This document shows positions 45,793 to 55,136 of a stretch of 61,847 nucleotides of DNA, piece after piece. Origin of the DNA: Ignavibacteria bacterium (GTDB lineage Bacteria; Bacteroidota; Ignavibacteria; Kapaibacteriales; Kapaibacteriaceae). The stretch lies in the NCBI GenBank assembly GCA_947459875.1, contig CANHFG010000004.1:1-61847 (forward strand), in the 5' to 3' direction. Below the pieces are notes generated by a model. The model was not told the origin of the DNA. It worked only from the letters and a program-made list of their open reading frames with translations, and made no database searches. Within the stretch, counting starts at the first letter, position 1. Every line of letters starts with the position of its first letter. A program made the translations under genes and the position numbers.

Positions 45793-46982
45793 GACCTGAC
45801 CTTCAGCAGGTATTCAATGGTGGCGTGACGACGCAGAGTCATGCCGACTTGATCGCCTCGCTGGAACGTCGTCTAGGTCATGCGATCGAGTTTCGGGTCT
45901 GTGAAATGCCCATCATCATCTCAAGCGCGTTCGCTTCAGAGATGTCCAGCGCAGCGCAAGAGATCATCGAAGAATGTCTGTCGGCAGAAAATCTTGAGCG
46001 TTCGGCATCCACGCTACAGTCTCGTTACAGCGTTCGACATGAATCTGCGCGCCCTCTGTTTAGCGTGGTTGACTTTGCCGTGACGACCAACGAGAGCGGC
46101 GCGTATGTGCCGCGTCTTATTGAGCTTCAGGGCTTTCCCTCGCTATTCGGTTACCAGTGGATGCTCACGCAGGAGTTCATGCGTCAGTATGGTCTGAACA
46201 CGGTAACGCCCTTTCTGTCAGGTCTTGATGACGGCTCTTATGCTGCCTTGCTTCGATCGGTGATCTTTGCTGACTGTGATCCGCGTGAAGTTGCCCTGGT
46301 AGAGATCGATCCCGAGAAGCAGAAGACCCGCCCTGACTTTGTGGCCATGCACGAACTGATAGGTCTTCAAACTGTCAATATTCGTCATGTCAAAAAGTCT
46401 GGCAGGGGGCTATTCTGGACCGATGCCGATGGTCACACTCGCCCCCTGAGACGCATCTTCAACCGGGCGATCATTGATGAGCTTGATGAACTTGGCGTCG
46501 ACCTGAGCTTTTCGTGGAACGACGATCTTGACGTCGACTGGGCCGGGCATCCGAACTGGTATTTCCGTATCAGCAAGTTTCTGCTTCCCTATCTGAGGCA
46601 TCACACCGTGCCGCGCTGTGTGCGCGTTTCTGACGTTACCGAGTCGTTGCTGAAGGAGCTCGATGCGTACGTTCTCAAACCGCTCTATGCCTTCGCCGGC
46701 AAGGGTGTGAACGTCCGTCCGACGCTTGCGGACCTCGAGGCCGTGCCTGTTGAGGAACGATCGGAGTGGATCCTGCAGGAGCGTGTGCAGTATGCGCCGT
46801 GCGTGCCGACGCCGGAGGGGGCTAACTACGTTGAGATTCGCATTATGCTCGTCTGGCCCGATGCGCAGCCTCGTCCGGTTCCTGTGATGACGCTCGCCCG
46901 TACGGGTCGCGGTGCACTCATGGGCGCTCGATACAACGTGATCCCGTGGACGGGAAGTTCGGGTTGTCTCATAGCCCCCTGA
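45789..46982 (+). CDS. Hypothetical protein, possibly ATP-grasp-fold ligase-like
   Basis: The ATG forms an ATGA overlap with the amidohydrolase stop. The segments RLIELQGFPSLFGYQ, YVLKPLYAFAGKGVNV and WILQERVQY...VEIRIM resemble ATP-grasp sub-motifs. The family was not identified. Confidence 0.35.
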   Translation: MRPDLQQVFNGGVTTQSHADLIASLERRLGHAIEFRVCEMPIIISSAFASEMSSAAQEIIEECLSAENLERSASTLQSRYSVRHESARPLFSVVDFAVTTNESGAYVPRLIELQGFPSLFGYQWMLTQEFMRQYGLNTVTPFLSGLDDGSYAALLRSVIFADCDPREVALVEIDPEKQKTRPDFVAMHELIGLQTVNIRHVKKSGRGLFWTDADGHTRPLRRIFNRAIIDELDELGVDLSFSWNDDLDVDWAGHPNWYFRISKFLLPYLRHHTVPRCVRVSDVTESLLKELDAYVLKPLYAFAGKGVNVRPTLADLEAVPVEERSEWILQERVQYAPCVPTPEGANYVEIRIMLVWPDAQPRPVPVMTLARTGRGALMGARYNVIPWTGSSGCLIAP

Positions 46983-47002
46983 GGCGCGCGACCAGAGCGC
47001 CA

Positions 47003-48922
47003 CTACTGCGCCAGTAGCGCCTCGATTCGCGTTGTAGCTTCCTCGAGAAACTGTTCCTCCGGATGCAGTCCCACTTCCTTGAACTGGATGCGTCCATCTT
47101 TTCCGAGGTAGAACTTGGTCGGGATTCCCGTCACACCGAACTTTCGCACTACGCTGTCGTCCTTGTCCATGAACATCGGAAACGTCAGACTCGTGTTCTT
47201 AGACATAAAGTCCTTGACAGTCTTGACGCGGTCATCGCTGCGCTCCCAGACGTTGACAACGGCGATGAGCACATTCGGGTCGTCCTTGTATCGCTCATAG
47301 AGCTTTTGCAACGATGGAAATGACTGCCGGCACGGACCGCACCAGGTGGCCCAGTAGTCGATGATCACCACTTTGCCCTTCCAGTCGGAGATCTTCACCG
47401 GAGTGCCGTCGAGCCGGGTGAACGTCCCATCGATACCGGGAAGATTGAGAAACTCCTGCTGAACGCGCCGTGCCATGGCGCTGCGGCCTTTGGAACGCAG
47501 TGCCGATTCCTGATCGGCGATCTCCGAGGAGTCTTCGCCCTGTGAGCGCAGGATCTCCCGGTAAGCCTGCAGGATGCCTGGTGTGGACGATCCCGAAACG
47601 ATGGCGCTCTTGGCCACCTCGAGCGCCTTCTTTGGCTTGTTACCATTGCGGTAGAGATCAATCAGCATTTCCCGGCATCCCTTTTCGGTATCATCACCGG
47701 CGATCTGCATGCTCTTTTCGAGCGAAGCGATAGCATCGTCGGCGCGATTTTGAGCACGTTCGATCGCCCCTTTCACAAACAGTAAAAGCGATCGCGAGAT
47801 TCGCTGCTCTTCATTCCATTCCGAAACGCCAATGTTGCGCGGACGTCTTGCCGGATCGTCAGCGGCCTTGAGTCCGTCGTCGATAAGCCGGAATGCCTGC
47901 GGACGCAACGTGTCATTTGCACCGATGAAGTTGACGGCCTGATGATAGGTCTTTGCCGATGCCATCGGATGCTTGTCGAGGAAGTAGATGAGCTCACGCA
48001 GAGCACCCTGCTGAGTTGTGGCCCGCGTCACAGCATCGGTGATATTCTGTCGCGCGCTCGTTGCCGGGAAGCTTTCGAAGTGCTTAAGCACACGCTGAAT
48101 GAAGTCAGCGAGTGACTCGGCCTTACCGACCTGCTCAAGCTCGTACTGCTCGGCAGCAACACTCCTGGGGAAGCGAGCTGCAGCGTCTTCCATAACGCGG
48201 TTGGCATCCTCGGTCTTGCCCTGCCCTGCATAGGCCTGCGCGATCACTATGGCCTCGATGGGCGACTTGATCTGCATCACCGACGAGGTGAGCTCGCGAT
48301 ACTTGCCAGTGGCCTCTAGCTCATCGAGCTCGCCAACGGCCTTGGCGATCATGATGTAGTTCAGCTGCGCGACGATGTTCTTGGGATACAGGCGTGATTC
48401 TTTATTCAGCAGCTCGAGTGCTTCTTCAACGTCGTCCTTCATGCGGCATTGTGCGGGCAGCTGACCGGAGCGAGCCATGGCGGCCTTCATGTGAGCCCCT
48501 TCCACATGGCGCGTGCCGTCCTTTGTGACGAGGAACTCCCAGTAGAGGTCCTTGTTGGTATCGTACATGCGGCCGTTGCCTACCTTGACGATACCATAGA
48601 CCGTGCTGGCCGGAAGCTGCAGCGAGCCACTCCAGCGGCCTGACTTCTTTGAAAGTGTGACGTCGACCGCTTCGGGCGACTCGGCATCGGCCGTAAAGAG
48701 GTATGCCACGGCATGCAGGTTGCCGCCGGAGGTCATCTCCTCATCGCGGGCCTCTGCAGTGTACTCGATCGTGACCGATGTGCCAGTGGCTGGACTCATC
48801 GGTAGAAATGAAACCGAACCGGCCAGCAGAACCTGTGCCGTCGATATAGACCACATCAGGCCAATGATCGAACTTATCACAGCTGCAGGAAGCCGTCGAA
48901 AGGGGCTCATGGACATCGTCAT
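47003..48922 (-). CDS. Secreted TPR-like protein with C-terminal TlpA-like thioredoxin domain
   Basis: ORF 47003-49063. The ATG at 48922 gives the signal peptide MTMSMSPFRRLPAAVISSIIGLMWSISTAQ. The C-terminus carries VVIIDYWATWCGPCRQSFPSL. Confidence 0.75.
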   Translation of the reverse strand: MTMSMSPFRRLPAAVISSIIGLMWSISTAQVLLAGSVSFLPMSPATGTSVTIEYTAEARDEEMTSGGNLHAVAYLFTADAESPEAVDVTLSKKSGRWSGSLQLPASTVYGIVKVGNGRMYDTNKDLYWEFLVTKDGTRHVEGAHMKAAMARSGQLPAQCRMKDDVEEALELLNKESRLYPKNIVAQLNYIMIAKAVGELDELEATGKYRELTSSVMQIKSPIEAIVIAQAYAGQGKTEDANRVMEDAAARFPRSVAAEQYELEQVGKAESLADFIQRVLKHFESFPATSARQNITDAVTRATTQQGALRELIYFLDKHPMASAKTYHQAVNFIGANDTLRPQAFRLIDDGLKAADDPARRPRNIGVSEWNEEQRISRSLLLFVKGAIERAQNRADDAIASLEKSMQIAGDDTEKGCREMLIDLYRNGNKPKKALEVAKSAIVSGSSTPGILQAYREILRSQGEDSSEIADQESALRSKGRSAMARRVQQEFLNLPGIDGTFTRLDGTPVKISDWKGKVVIIDYWATWCGPCRQSFPSLQKLYERYKDDPNVLIAVVNVWERSDDRVKTVKDFMSKNTSLTFPMFMDKDDSVVRKFGVTGIPTKFYLGKDGRIQFKEVGLHPEEQFLEEATTRIEALLAQ

Positions 48923-48977
48923 CCTCAGGATGTTTGTGGCACGTGTTGTGCCCAGAAATTCGTTTGGTGATCGTCGC

Positions 48978-49709
48978 TTAGCGCACCAGGCCGTAGCCGC
49001 CGTCGACCACGATGGTCTGTCCGGTGATGTATTCCGAACAGCGCGCAAAATACCGAACGGCATCGACTACATCGTCGGCACTTCCATGCCGCTCCTTGGG
49101 TATGCGACGCTCGGAGACGATCGCTGAGTGGGATTCTTGCTCACCCTCCAGGACGATCTGGCCCGGTGCGACGATGTTGATGCTCATCGTGGGTGCAAGG
49201 CTTCTGGCCAGTGACAGCGCCAGTGTATGTTGTGCGGCCTTGCTGGTATTGTACGCTGCCCTATCGCGCCAGATCTCCCGAGCGCCGAGCGAACCGAGAA
49301 TGATAATACGCCCCGTGCGCTGATGCTCTCGGCAGCGCATTTCGTAGTGGCGCGCCAATGTCAGCACCGGGAGGGTGTTGACCCGTAAGGCCTGGAGCAG
49401 ATCGTCTTCGTCGATATCGGCCGGAGGTGCTGCCCCGGGGAAGACCCCTGCGTTGTAGACAATGACATCGGCAAATCCCATACCGTCTTCAAGGTTCGTC
49501 AGGGCGCTACCGATCGCAAGGGGAACTGTCACGTCGCACTGCACGATCTGACACTCTCGGTTCAAGGCGACCAACTCCTGCTGCAGTTTTTGCGCTTCCG
49601 TAATGGAGGTGTTGTACGTCAGCCCGACGTCGTATCCGTCACTGGCAAGCCCCCTGACAATTTCCGCGCCGATGCGCCGCGCGCCTGCGATGACAGCAGC
49701 TACGGGCAT
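48978..49709 (-). CDS. SDR family oxidoreductase, pteridine-reductase/FolM-like
   Basis: The N-terminus AAVIAGARRIGAEIVRGLASDGYDVGLTYNTS carries the G-x-x-R-R-I-G variant that I associate with PTR1/FolM. The catalytic YNTSKAA (YxxxK) motif is present. Confidence 0.6.
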   Translation of the reverse strand: MPVAAVIAGARRIGAEIVRGLASDGYDVGLTYNTSITEAQKLQQELVALNRECQIVQCDVTVPLAIGSALTNLEDGMGFADVIVYNAGVFPGAAPPADIDEDDLLQALRVNTLPVLTLARHYEMRCREHQRTGRIIILGSLGAREIWRDRAAYNTSKAAQHTLALSLARSLAPTMSINIVAPGQIVLEGEQESHSAIVSERRIPKERHGSADDVVDAVRYFARCSEYITGQTIVVDGGYGLVR

Positions 49710-50716
49710 GATGGGTCAATCATTGGTGGCAGAACCAGATCAGCCGTGATCATCAAGCCTGAGTGTTCGATGCCGATACTCGTTCCCGGATGGGCAAACT
49801 CTCCGCGCACGTATCCAAGAGCGAACCACTGTGAAGCGTCGAAACCAGCTACTGCACTTGTGATAACCCCAACGGCATTGCCATCGGCAACGATCACATC
49901 GCCAGGGGTCACCTGGCTGGGGGCGATCAGCCCCATGATGCGCTGCTTGACCTTGTTGTAGGAATCCAGTCGGGCCACGACTTCCTGTCCGATGTAGCAG
50001 CCTTTGGTGAACGAGGTCAGGTGCAGCAGTCCGGCTTCGAGCGGATTGTATGCGAGCGTCCACTCGTGTCCGACGCGCCCCATGCCGGCCAGAACTCGCA
50101 CGTACTCGTCGATCTCTGTATCAAGCTCAGGAATCTGATCGTCGTGAAGGACAAGCTGCTCCCTGATGGTCTGCAGTGTCTGCACGGAACCGACCAGCCA
50201 GTAGGATAGCTCGCTTGCCGACGGCATCCGAACCGCCAGCAGCCCATCGTCGATCGAGCGCCACTGCGACATGGCCAGGTCTTTGACGGGAGTATCCAGA
50301 AGCGACTCGACAACTTCCGCGGCCCTTGGCCCCATGATCTCTATGATGGCATGCTGCTGGGTGACGTCACGGAGGCGCACATCATCCATGATGACGTACT
50401 TTCGTATCCACGACAGGACGTCGGCAGCCGTGCCTTGCGAACCAAGCAGCAGGGCCTCTTGTTTGTCCTGAAGCAGCGTCACGACGTCGATCATTCGAGC
50501 TTTCTCCGTCAGCAGCACCGTCTGACGGCCCCTACCGGGTTCAAGAGCACGCATGTCGTTCGTCGTAAGTCGGTGCAGAAGGTCGATCCTGTCGTTACCG
50601 CTGAGCTGGATCACCGTGCTTCCATCGCGCGGGATCCACGCCGAAGAGCTCCGGCACGAAGCTACTCGGCGAGCACGATCTTGTTTGTCTACTGTCAACA
50701 TCAATATCCTTCGCAT
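49700..50716 (-). CDS. ygfZ: Folate-binding YgfZ/GcvT-like protein
   Basis: The signature TKGCYIGQEVVARL and a GcvT-like N-terminal fold pattern are present. The gene overlaps the SDR start by 10 nt. An alternative ATG lies at 50701. Confidence 0.7.
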   Translation of the reverse strand: MRRILMLTVDKQDRARRVASCRSSSAWIPRDGSTVIQLSGNDRIDLLHRLTTNDMRALEPGRGRQTVLLTEKARMIDVVTLLQDKQEALLLGSQGTAADVLSWIRKYVIMDDVRLRDVTQQHAIIEIMGPRAAEVVESLLDTPVKDLAMSQWRSIDDGLLAVRMPSASELSYWLVGSVQTLQTIREQLVLHDDQIPELDTEIDEYVRVLAGMGRVGHEWTLAYNPLEAGLLHLTSFTKGCYIGQEVVARLDSYNKVKQRIMGLIAPSQVTPGDVIVADGNAVGVITSAVAGFDASQWFALGYVRGEFAHPGTSIGIEHSGLMITADLVLPPMIDPSCP

Positions 50717-52706
50717 GAAACGACGGCAAACCTACGAAACCCTCCCTGTCCTTGCCCTGCTCGCGGTGCTTCTGTTCACAGCATCAGAAGGACAGGCCCA
50801 GCGCACGCCCTTTCGTGTCTTTCTGGCTGATAAGGGGCCGGGAGTTTTCGCGCCGGGAGAGCCGTTGTACGAGCAGACTCTGCTGCAGTATCATCCCAAC
50901 GCAATCAGGCGTCGAACCCTGGCGGGAATGGATCCTGTGCTCGACGAGCTGGATCGCCCCATTCATGATGACTACCGCAAGCAGGTCCTTGCCATCAGCG
51001 ATAGTCTTCTTTCGTCCAACCCATGGATGAATTACATGGTGGTGGGACTGACGCAGGATGAGTATGACCGAGTGAAGGCTCTCGAATGCGTCAGAGCGGT
51101 GTCGCCGGCAAATTCCATCTCATACAGGCTGACCCTACCGGAGCGATGTGCCCCCGTTCCGGAAACCTTCCAGAGTGAAATGCTAAGGGTCGGCAATGTC
51201 CATGAACTGCACGATGCCGGCGTGTTTGGTCAGGGGGCTCGCATTGGCGTCATCGACAACGGCTTTCGCTGGAAGGCCATGAGTAGCCTTTCGCACATAA
51301 ATGTTGAGGACGAGTACGACTTCATCCACCGACGTCCGATCACCGCCAACCAGGATAACGACGTGCCTCTGCAGGACGAGCACGGCAGCGTCATCATGTC
51401 GGTCGCAGCGGCCTGGTACGGCGATCAGGTCATGGGCGTGGCTCCATTCAGCACATACCTCCTTGCAAAGTCCGAAGACATGCGCTACGAGCGAAGGATC
51501 GAAGAGGACCTCTATGTTGAAGCGCTCTGGTGGGTGGAACGCAGCGGAGCCGACATCTCGAGTTCATCACTTGGCTATCGGTTCTTTGACTCAACCGACG
51601 CGGCAACGCCGTATGAACTGCTGAACGGGTCTACCACCTTCCCCGCCCGGGCCATCAACATCGCCTCGCAGCGCGGGATGATCTGTCTCACGGCGGCCGG
51701 CAATAGCGGTCCTTCATCGAGAACGATCATTACACCGGCAGATGCCGACAGTGCTCTGGCCATCGGAGGGATCGCCCTCGATGGTCGAAGTGCATGGTCG
51801 AATTCGTCATGGGGCCCCAGCGCGTCCGGACGCCAGAAGCCGGAGTTCGCTGCTCCCGCAGAACGTGTTCCCGTGCAACAGGTCAACGGACTTGTTGGAC
51901 GCGCTTCGGGAACGTCTCTTGCCACACCATATGTGGCGGCTCAGGTGGCGCTTCTACGGCAGCTCTACCCTGCCGTGCACCCGAGCTATATCCGCCAGGC
52001 CATGATCGAAGGATCGCGGTTTGGTCGCCAGACTGACAGCGTTCTTGGTCATGGAGCGCTGGATGTTGCAAGGGCCGCACGCATTCTCGGACCGTCAATT
52101 CCCGAACCTGCCACCGTGATAACGGCGGGCGGGATGGTTGTACTTGCGCCCATCTTTGCCATCGACACGCTCAAACCGATGCTGTATCAGCGAGCGAACT
52201 CATCAGCGCCCGAGATCGCCATTGAGGGTGAATACCTCCTTGGAGACTGGTACGCCTTCCGACTTAATGAAGCCTACTATGACGGAAATACCGCGCAGGT
52301 GCGCATCGTTGCCCCGAGTCAGGCCACGAAGCGTACGGCGGTCTACCCTCCCGGTGCCGAGGGGATGCTCGTCAAACGCGCAGAGGTCTCGATTCCATGC
52401 GGCATGCGAATCCCGTCGATCATTGTATCGGTTGATGATAAGCCCGAGATGCTCACGCAAGTGCGCGTGGCGGGAATGCCCCTGGCTCGCCATTCAAGAA
52501 CGTTTGACCTCTTCGGGCTCGACACCACTCCGCTGTCGGTGCGCATAACCAATGCAGTGACCGGGGCAACGTATGCCTGTGAAATGCTCGGACACGACCA
52601 GGACAGATTGTCCGTCATGACGCCGTCGGCACTCAGCGTAGGGACGTGGGTCCTTGAATGCCGTTTGCCTGATGCGGTCGTGCATTGTTCACTGATTGTC
52701 CTCTGA
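50715..52706 (+). CDS. Secreted S8 (subtilisin-like) serine peptidase with T9SS-like C-terminal tail
   Basis: ORF 50553-52706. The ATG at 50715 gives the signal peptide MKRRQTYETLPVLALLAVLLFTASEGQAQ. The catalytic triad contexts are IGVIDNG (Asp), DEHGSVIMS (His) and SGTSLATPYVA (Ser). The last ~70 aa resemble a Por-type sorting tail. Confidence 0.85.
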   Translation: MKRRQTYETLPVLALLAVLLFTASEGQAQRTPFRVFLADKGPGVFAPGEPLYEQTLLQYHPNAIRRRTLAGMDPVLDELDRPIHDDYRKQVLAISDSLLSSNPWMNYMVVGLTQDEYDRVKALECVRAVSPANSISYRLTLPERCAPVPETFQSEMLRVGNVHELHDAGVFGQGARIGVIDNGFRWKAMSSLSHINVEDEYDFIHRRPITANQDNDVPLQDEHGSVIMSVAAAWYGDQVMGVAPFSTYLLAKSEDMRYERRIEEDLYVEALWWVERSGADISSSSLGYRFFDSTDAATPYELLNGSTTFPARAINIASQRGMICLTAAGNSGPSSRTIITPADADSALAIGGIALDGRSAWSNSSWGPSASGRQKPEFAAPAERVPVQQVNGLVGRASGTSLATPYVAAQVALLRQLYPAVHPSYIRQAMIEGSRFGRQTDSVLGHGALDVARAARILGPSIPEPATVITAGGMVVLAPIFAIDTLKPMLYQRANSSAPEIAIEGEYLLGDWYAFRLNEAYYDGNTAQVRIVAPSQATKRTAVYPPGAEGMLVKRAEVSIPCGMRIPSIIVSVDDKPEMLTQVRVAGMPLARHSRTFDLFGLDTTPLSVRITNAVTGATYACEMLGHDQDRLSVMTPSALSVGTWVLECRLPDAVVHCSLIVL

Positions 52707-52710
52707 TGCT

Positions 52711-53346
52711 ATGACAGTTCTCCTGACCGGAGCTCGGGGCCAGCTCGGCCGCGTGGTTTCGTCCTATCTGACAGAGCGCGGCACCGTGGTTATCCCTGCT
52801 GACCGTGACGTGGTTGATCTCTCCAGTGCCGACGACACACAGCGCTTCGTCGCCCGGGCAGCCCCTTCCCTGAACGGAGTCGTCCACTTAGTTGGTGGCA
52901 TACGAGCCGGCGCGCCGATCGAGTCGACCTCGCCAGATGACGTCGAATCAATGATGCAGCTAAACCTTGTCACGACGTTCAATGTCATGCGAGCGGCGAT
53001 TCCGCATCTCGTAAAGAACGGTGGTGGCTCGATCGTGACCATCGGTGCAAAGGCCGTCCTGCAACCTGAGGCCAACCGTGCTGCATACGCCGCAGTGAAG
53101 GCTGCCGTTGTCTCGCTTACGCTCTCGGCTGCGGAGGAAGGGCGCGCCTCGGGAGTGCGGGCTAATTGCATCGTGCCCGACGTGATCCGTACGGCCGCTA
53201 ATCTTGAATGGGGCTCGCCGGATCAGGCAAGCACGTGGGTAGAGCCAGACGAGATCGCCTCGGTGATTCATGGTCTCATGGAACCTTCATGCGCCATTAC
53301 CGGCACGGTCATTCCCATGCTATCGACCACACGGAGACGCCCTTGA
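52711..53346 (+). CDS. SDR family NAD(P)-dependent oxidoreductase
   Basis: The ATG at 52711 lies 5 nt after the peptidase stop. The motifs LLTGARGQLG and YAAVKAA (YxxxK) are present. Confidence 0.7.
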   Translation: MTVLLTGARGQLGRVVSSYLTERGTVVIPADRDVVDLSSADDTQRFVARAAPSLNGVVHLVGGIRAGAPIESTSPDDVESMMQLNLVTTFNVMRAAIPHLVKNGGGSIVTIGAKAVLQPEANRAAYAAVKAAVVSLTLSAAEEGRASGVRANCIVPDVIRTAANLEWGSPDQASTWVEPDEIASVIHGLMEPSCAITGTVIPMLSTTRRRP

Positions 53347-55076
53347 AAACCGATACACGATCCGTTTTCGGCTTTCTGCTTGGGTATTATCGTCCGCACA
53401 AGTGGCCGATGATCCTTGCTCTGGCTTTCATGATTCCGAGCAGCGGCGTAAGTCTCATCTTTCCGGTGCTCACTGGAAACATCATCGATCAGATCCTTGC
53501 CAACAGTCAGGCTGCGTCGCTGATGAACACCGGTGCTCTCTTTCTGGGTCTGCTCACGGCACAGGCCATTGTCGGATACGTCGTCTCGGTGACATTATCG
53601 CGTACCACCGAACGGGTCATTGCCTCGATTCGGTCGCAACTGTATGAACATATTGTCCGCCTGCCCCTTTCGCGTATGTCCGGGCACCGTATCGGCGAGC
53701 TGGCATCGCGTCTATCGAGTGATATGACACAGATCCAGGAGACTTTTTCTTTTTCTCTTCTTCAGCTAGTTCGACAGTCGATCTTCCTGATCGGCTCGAT
53801 CATTCTCATTCTTACCACAAGTGTCCGGCTGACGGTGCCGATCGTCGTCGGCATGCCGATCATTGTCGGCGCTGCGGTGCTCATCGGACGTCGACTGCGC
53901 CGGCTCAGCACCAATACGCAGGATGCACTTGCCCGCACCTCGACCATTGTCGAGGAGTCTCTTCAGAGCATATCGGCCGTAAAGTCCTATGTGCAGGAGC
54001 CCCATGAGATTCACAGGTACACTGCGACCTTGAGCGAGTATGTGGGACTTGCCATGAAGGGGGCCCGACTGCGTGCCGCATTCGTGACCTTCATCATCTT
54101 CACCGTGTTTGGTGGCATTGCTGCCGTCATTTTGTACGGTGCTCGCCTTGTCGAATCCGGTGACCTGCGCATGGGCGAGCTACTGTCGTTTCTCATGTAT
54201 GCGATGTTCGTTGGTGGTGCTCTGGGATCGTTTGCCGAGTTGTACGGTCAGATCCAGAAGTCCCTTGGCGCGGCCGTGCGTATCCGCGAGATCATGACCG
54301 AACCGACGGAGGATGTTGGACCCGACGCTCCGCCGGTGCGTTTGTCGTCGATCGACCTTGTAGGAGTTTCGTTCCGCTATCCCGATCGGCAAGACATGCT
54401 GGTGGTAAACAATGTATCTCTGCATATCGGTGCCGGTGAACGCGTGGCATTCGTCGGGGAAAGCGGTTCCGGTAAGTCCACCACGGCCGCTCTGTTGCAG
54501 CGTCTCTATGACCCTACCGAGGGGCACATTCTGTACAACGACAGCGACGCCTCGTCGTATACGCGGGCGCAGGTGCGAAGAAGCGTTGGAGTCGTCCCGC
54601 AGGACATTGTACTCTTTGGTGGCACGATCGAGGACAACATCCGCTATGGGCGCCCGGGTGCGACGTTTGATGAGGTTCGCAAGGCAGCTGCCGATGCGAA
54701 CGCGTTGGACTTCATCGAATCCTTTCCGGAAGGATTCGCAACGTTAGTTGGCGAACGCGGCCTGAAGCTCAGTGGTGGACAACGTCAGCGCGTGGCTATC
54801 GCCCGTGCCCTCTTGAAGAACCCATCGATTCTGATCCTCGACGAGGCCACCAGCTCGCTTGATGCCGAAAGCGAACACCTTATTCAGGATGCTCTTGAGC
54901 GCCTGATGACCGATAGAACAACGGTGATCATTGCGCATCGGCTCAGCACGGTCAGGACATGTGACAGGATCTTTGTGTTCTCTGCCGGCTCGATAATCGA
55001 GTCCGGCACACACGAAGAACTTCTACGTCTTGGAGGACTCTACAGCCACTGGTGTGACCTTCAATTCATCCGTTAG
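53343..55076 (+). CDS. ABC transporter, fused permease/ATPase (MsbA-like exporter)
   Basis: ORF 53208-55076. The TTG at 53343 forms a TTGA overlap with the SDR stop, and an alternative ATG lies at 53289. There are six TM helices. The motifs are Walker A GESGSGKST, the signature LSGGQRQR and Walker B ILILDEATS. Confidence 0.85.
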   Translation: MKTDTRSVFGFLLGYYRPHKWPMILALAFMIPSSGVSLIFPVLTGNIIDQILANSQAASLMNTGALFLGLLTAQAIVGYVVSVTLSRTTERVIASIRSQLYEHIVRLPLSRMSGHRIGELASRLSSDMTQIQETFSFSLLQLVRQSIFLIGSIILILTTSVRLTVPIVVGMPIIVGAAVLIGRRLRRLSTNTQDALARTSTIVEESLQSISAVKSYVQEPHEIHRYTATLSEYVGLAMKGARLRAAFVTFIIFTVFGGIAAVILYGARLVESGDLRMGELLSFLMYAMFVGGALGSFAELYGQIQKSLGAAVRIREIMTEPTEDVGPDAPPVRLSSIDLVGVSFRYPDRQDMLVVNNVSLHIGAGERVAFVGESGSGKSTTAALLQRLYDPTEGHILYNDSDASSYTRAQVRRSVGVVPQDIVLFGGTIEDNIRYGRPGATFDEVRKAAADANALDFIESFPEGFATLVGERGLKLSGGQRQRVAIARALLKNPSILILDEATSSLDAESEHLIQDALERLMTDRTTVIIAHRLSTVRTCDRIFVFSAGSIIESGTHEELLRLGGLYSHWCDLQFIR

Positions 55077-55087
55077 CGCTGTGCCGC

Positions 55088-55117
55088 TTGTGAATATCAG
55101 CGCGAGGTTTATATTTG
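55088..55117 (+). promoter_or_regulatory. Candidate Bacteroidota-type sigma-A promoter for the tRNA pair
   Basis: TTG at 55088-55090 and TATATTTG (matching TAnnTTTG) at 55110-55117 are separated by a 19-nt spacer. The motif ends 19 nt before tRNA-Ala. Confidence 0.45.
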
Positions 55118-55136
55118 CACTCCGTTTTTGATAAAC

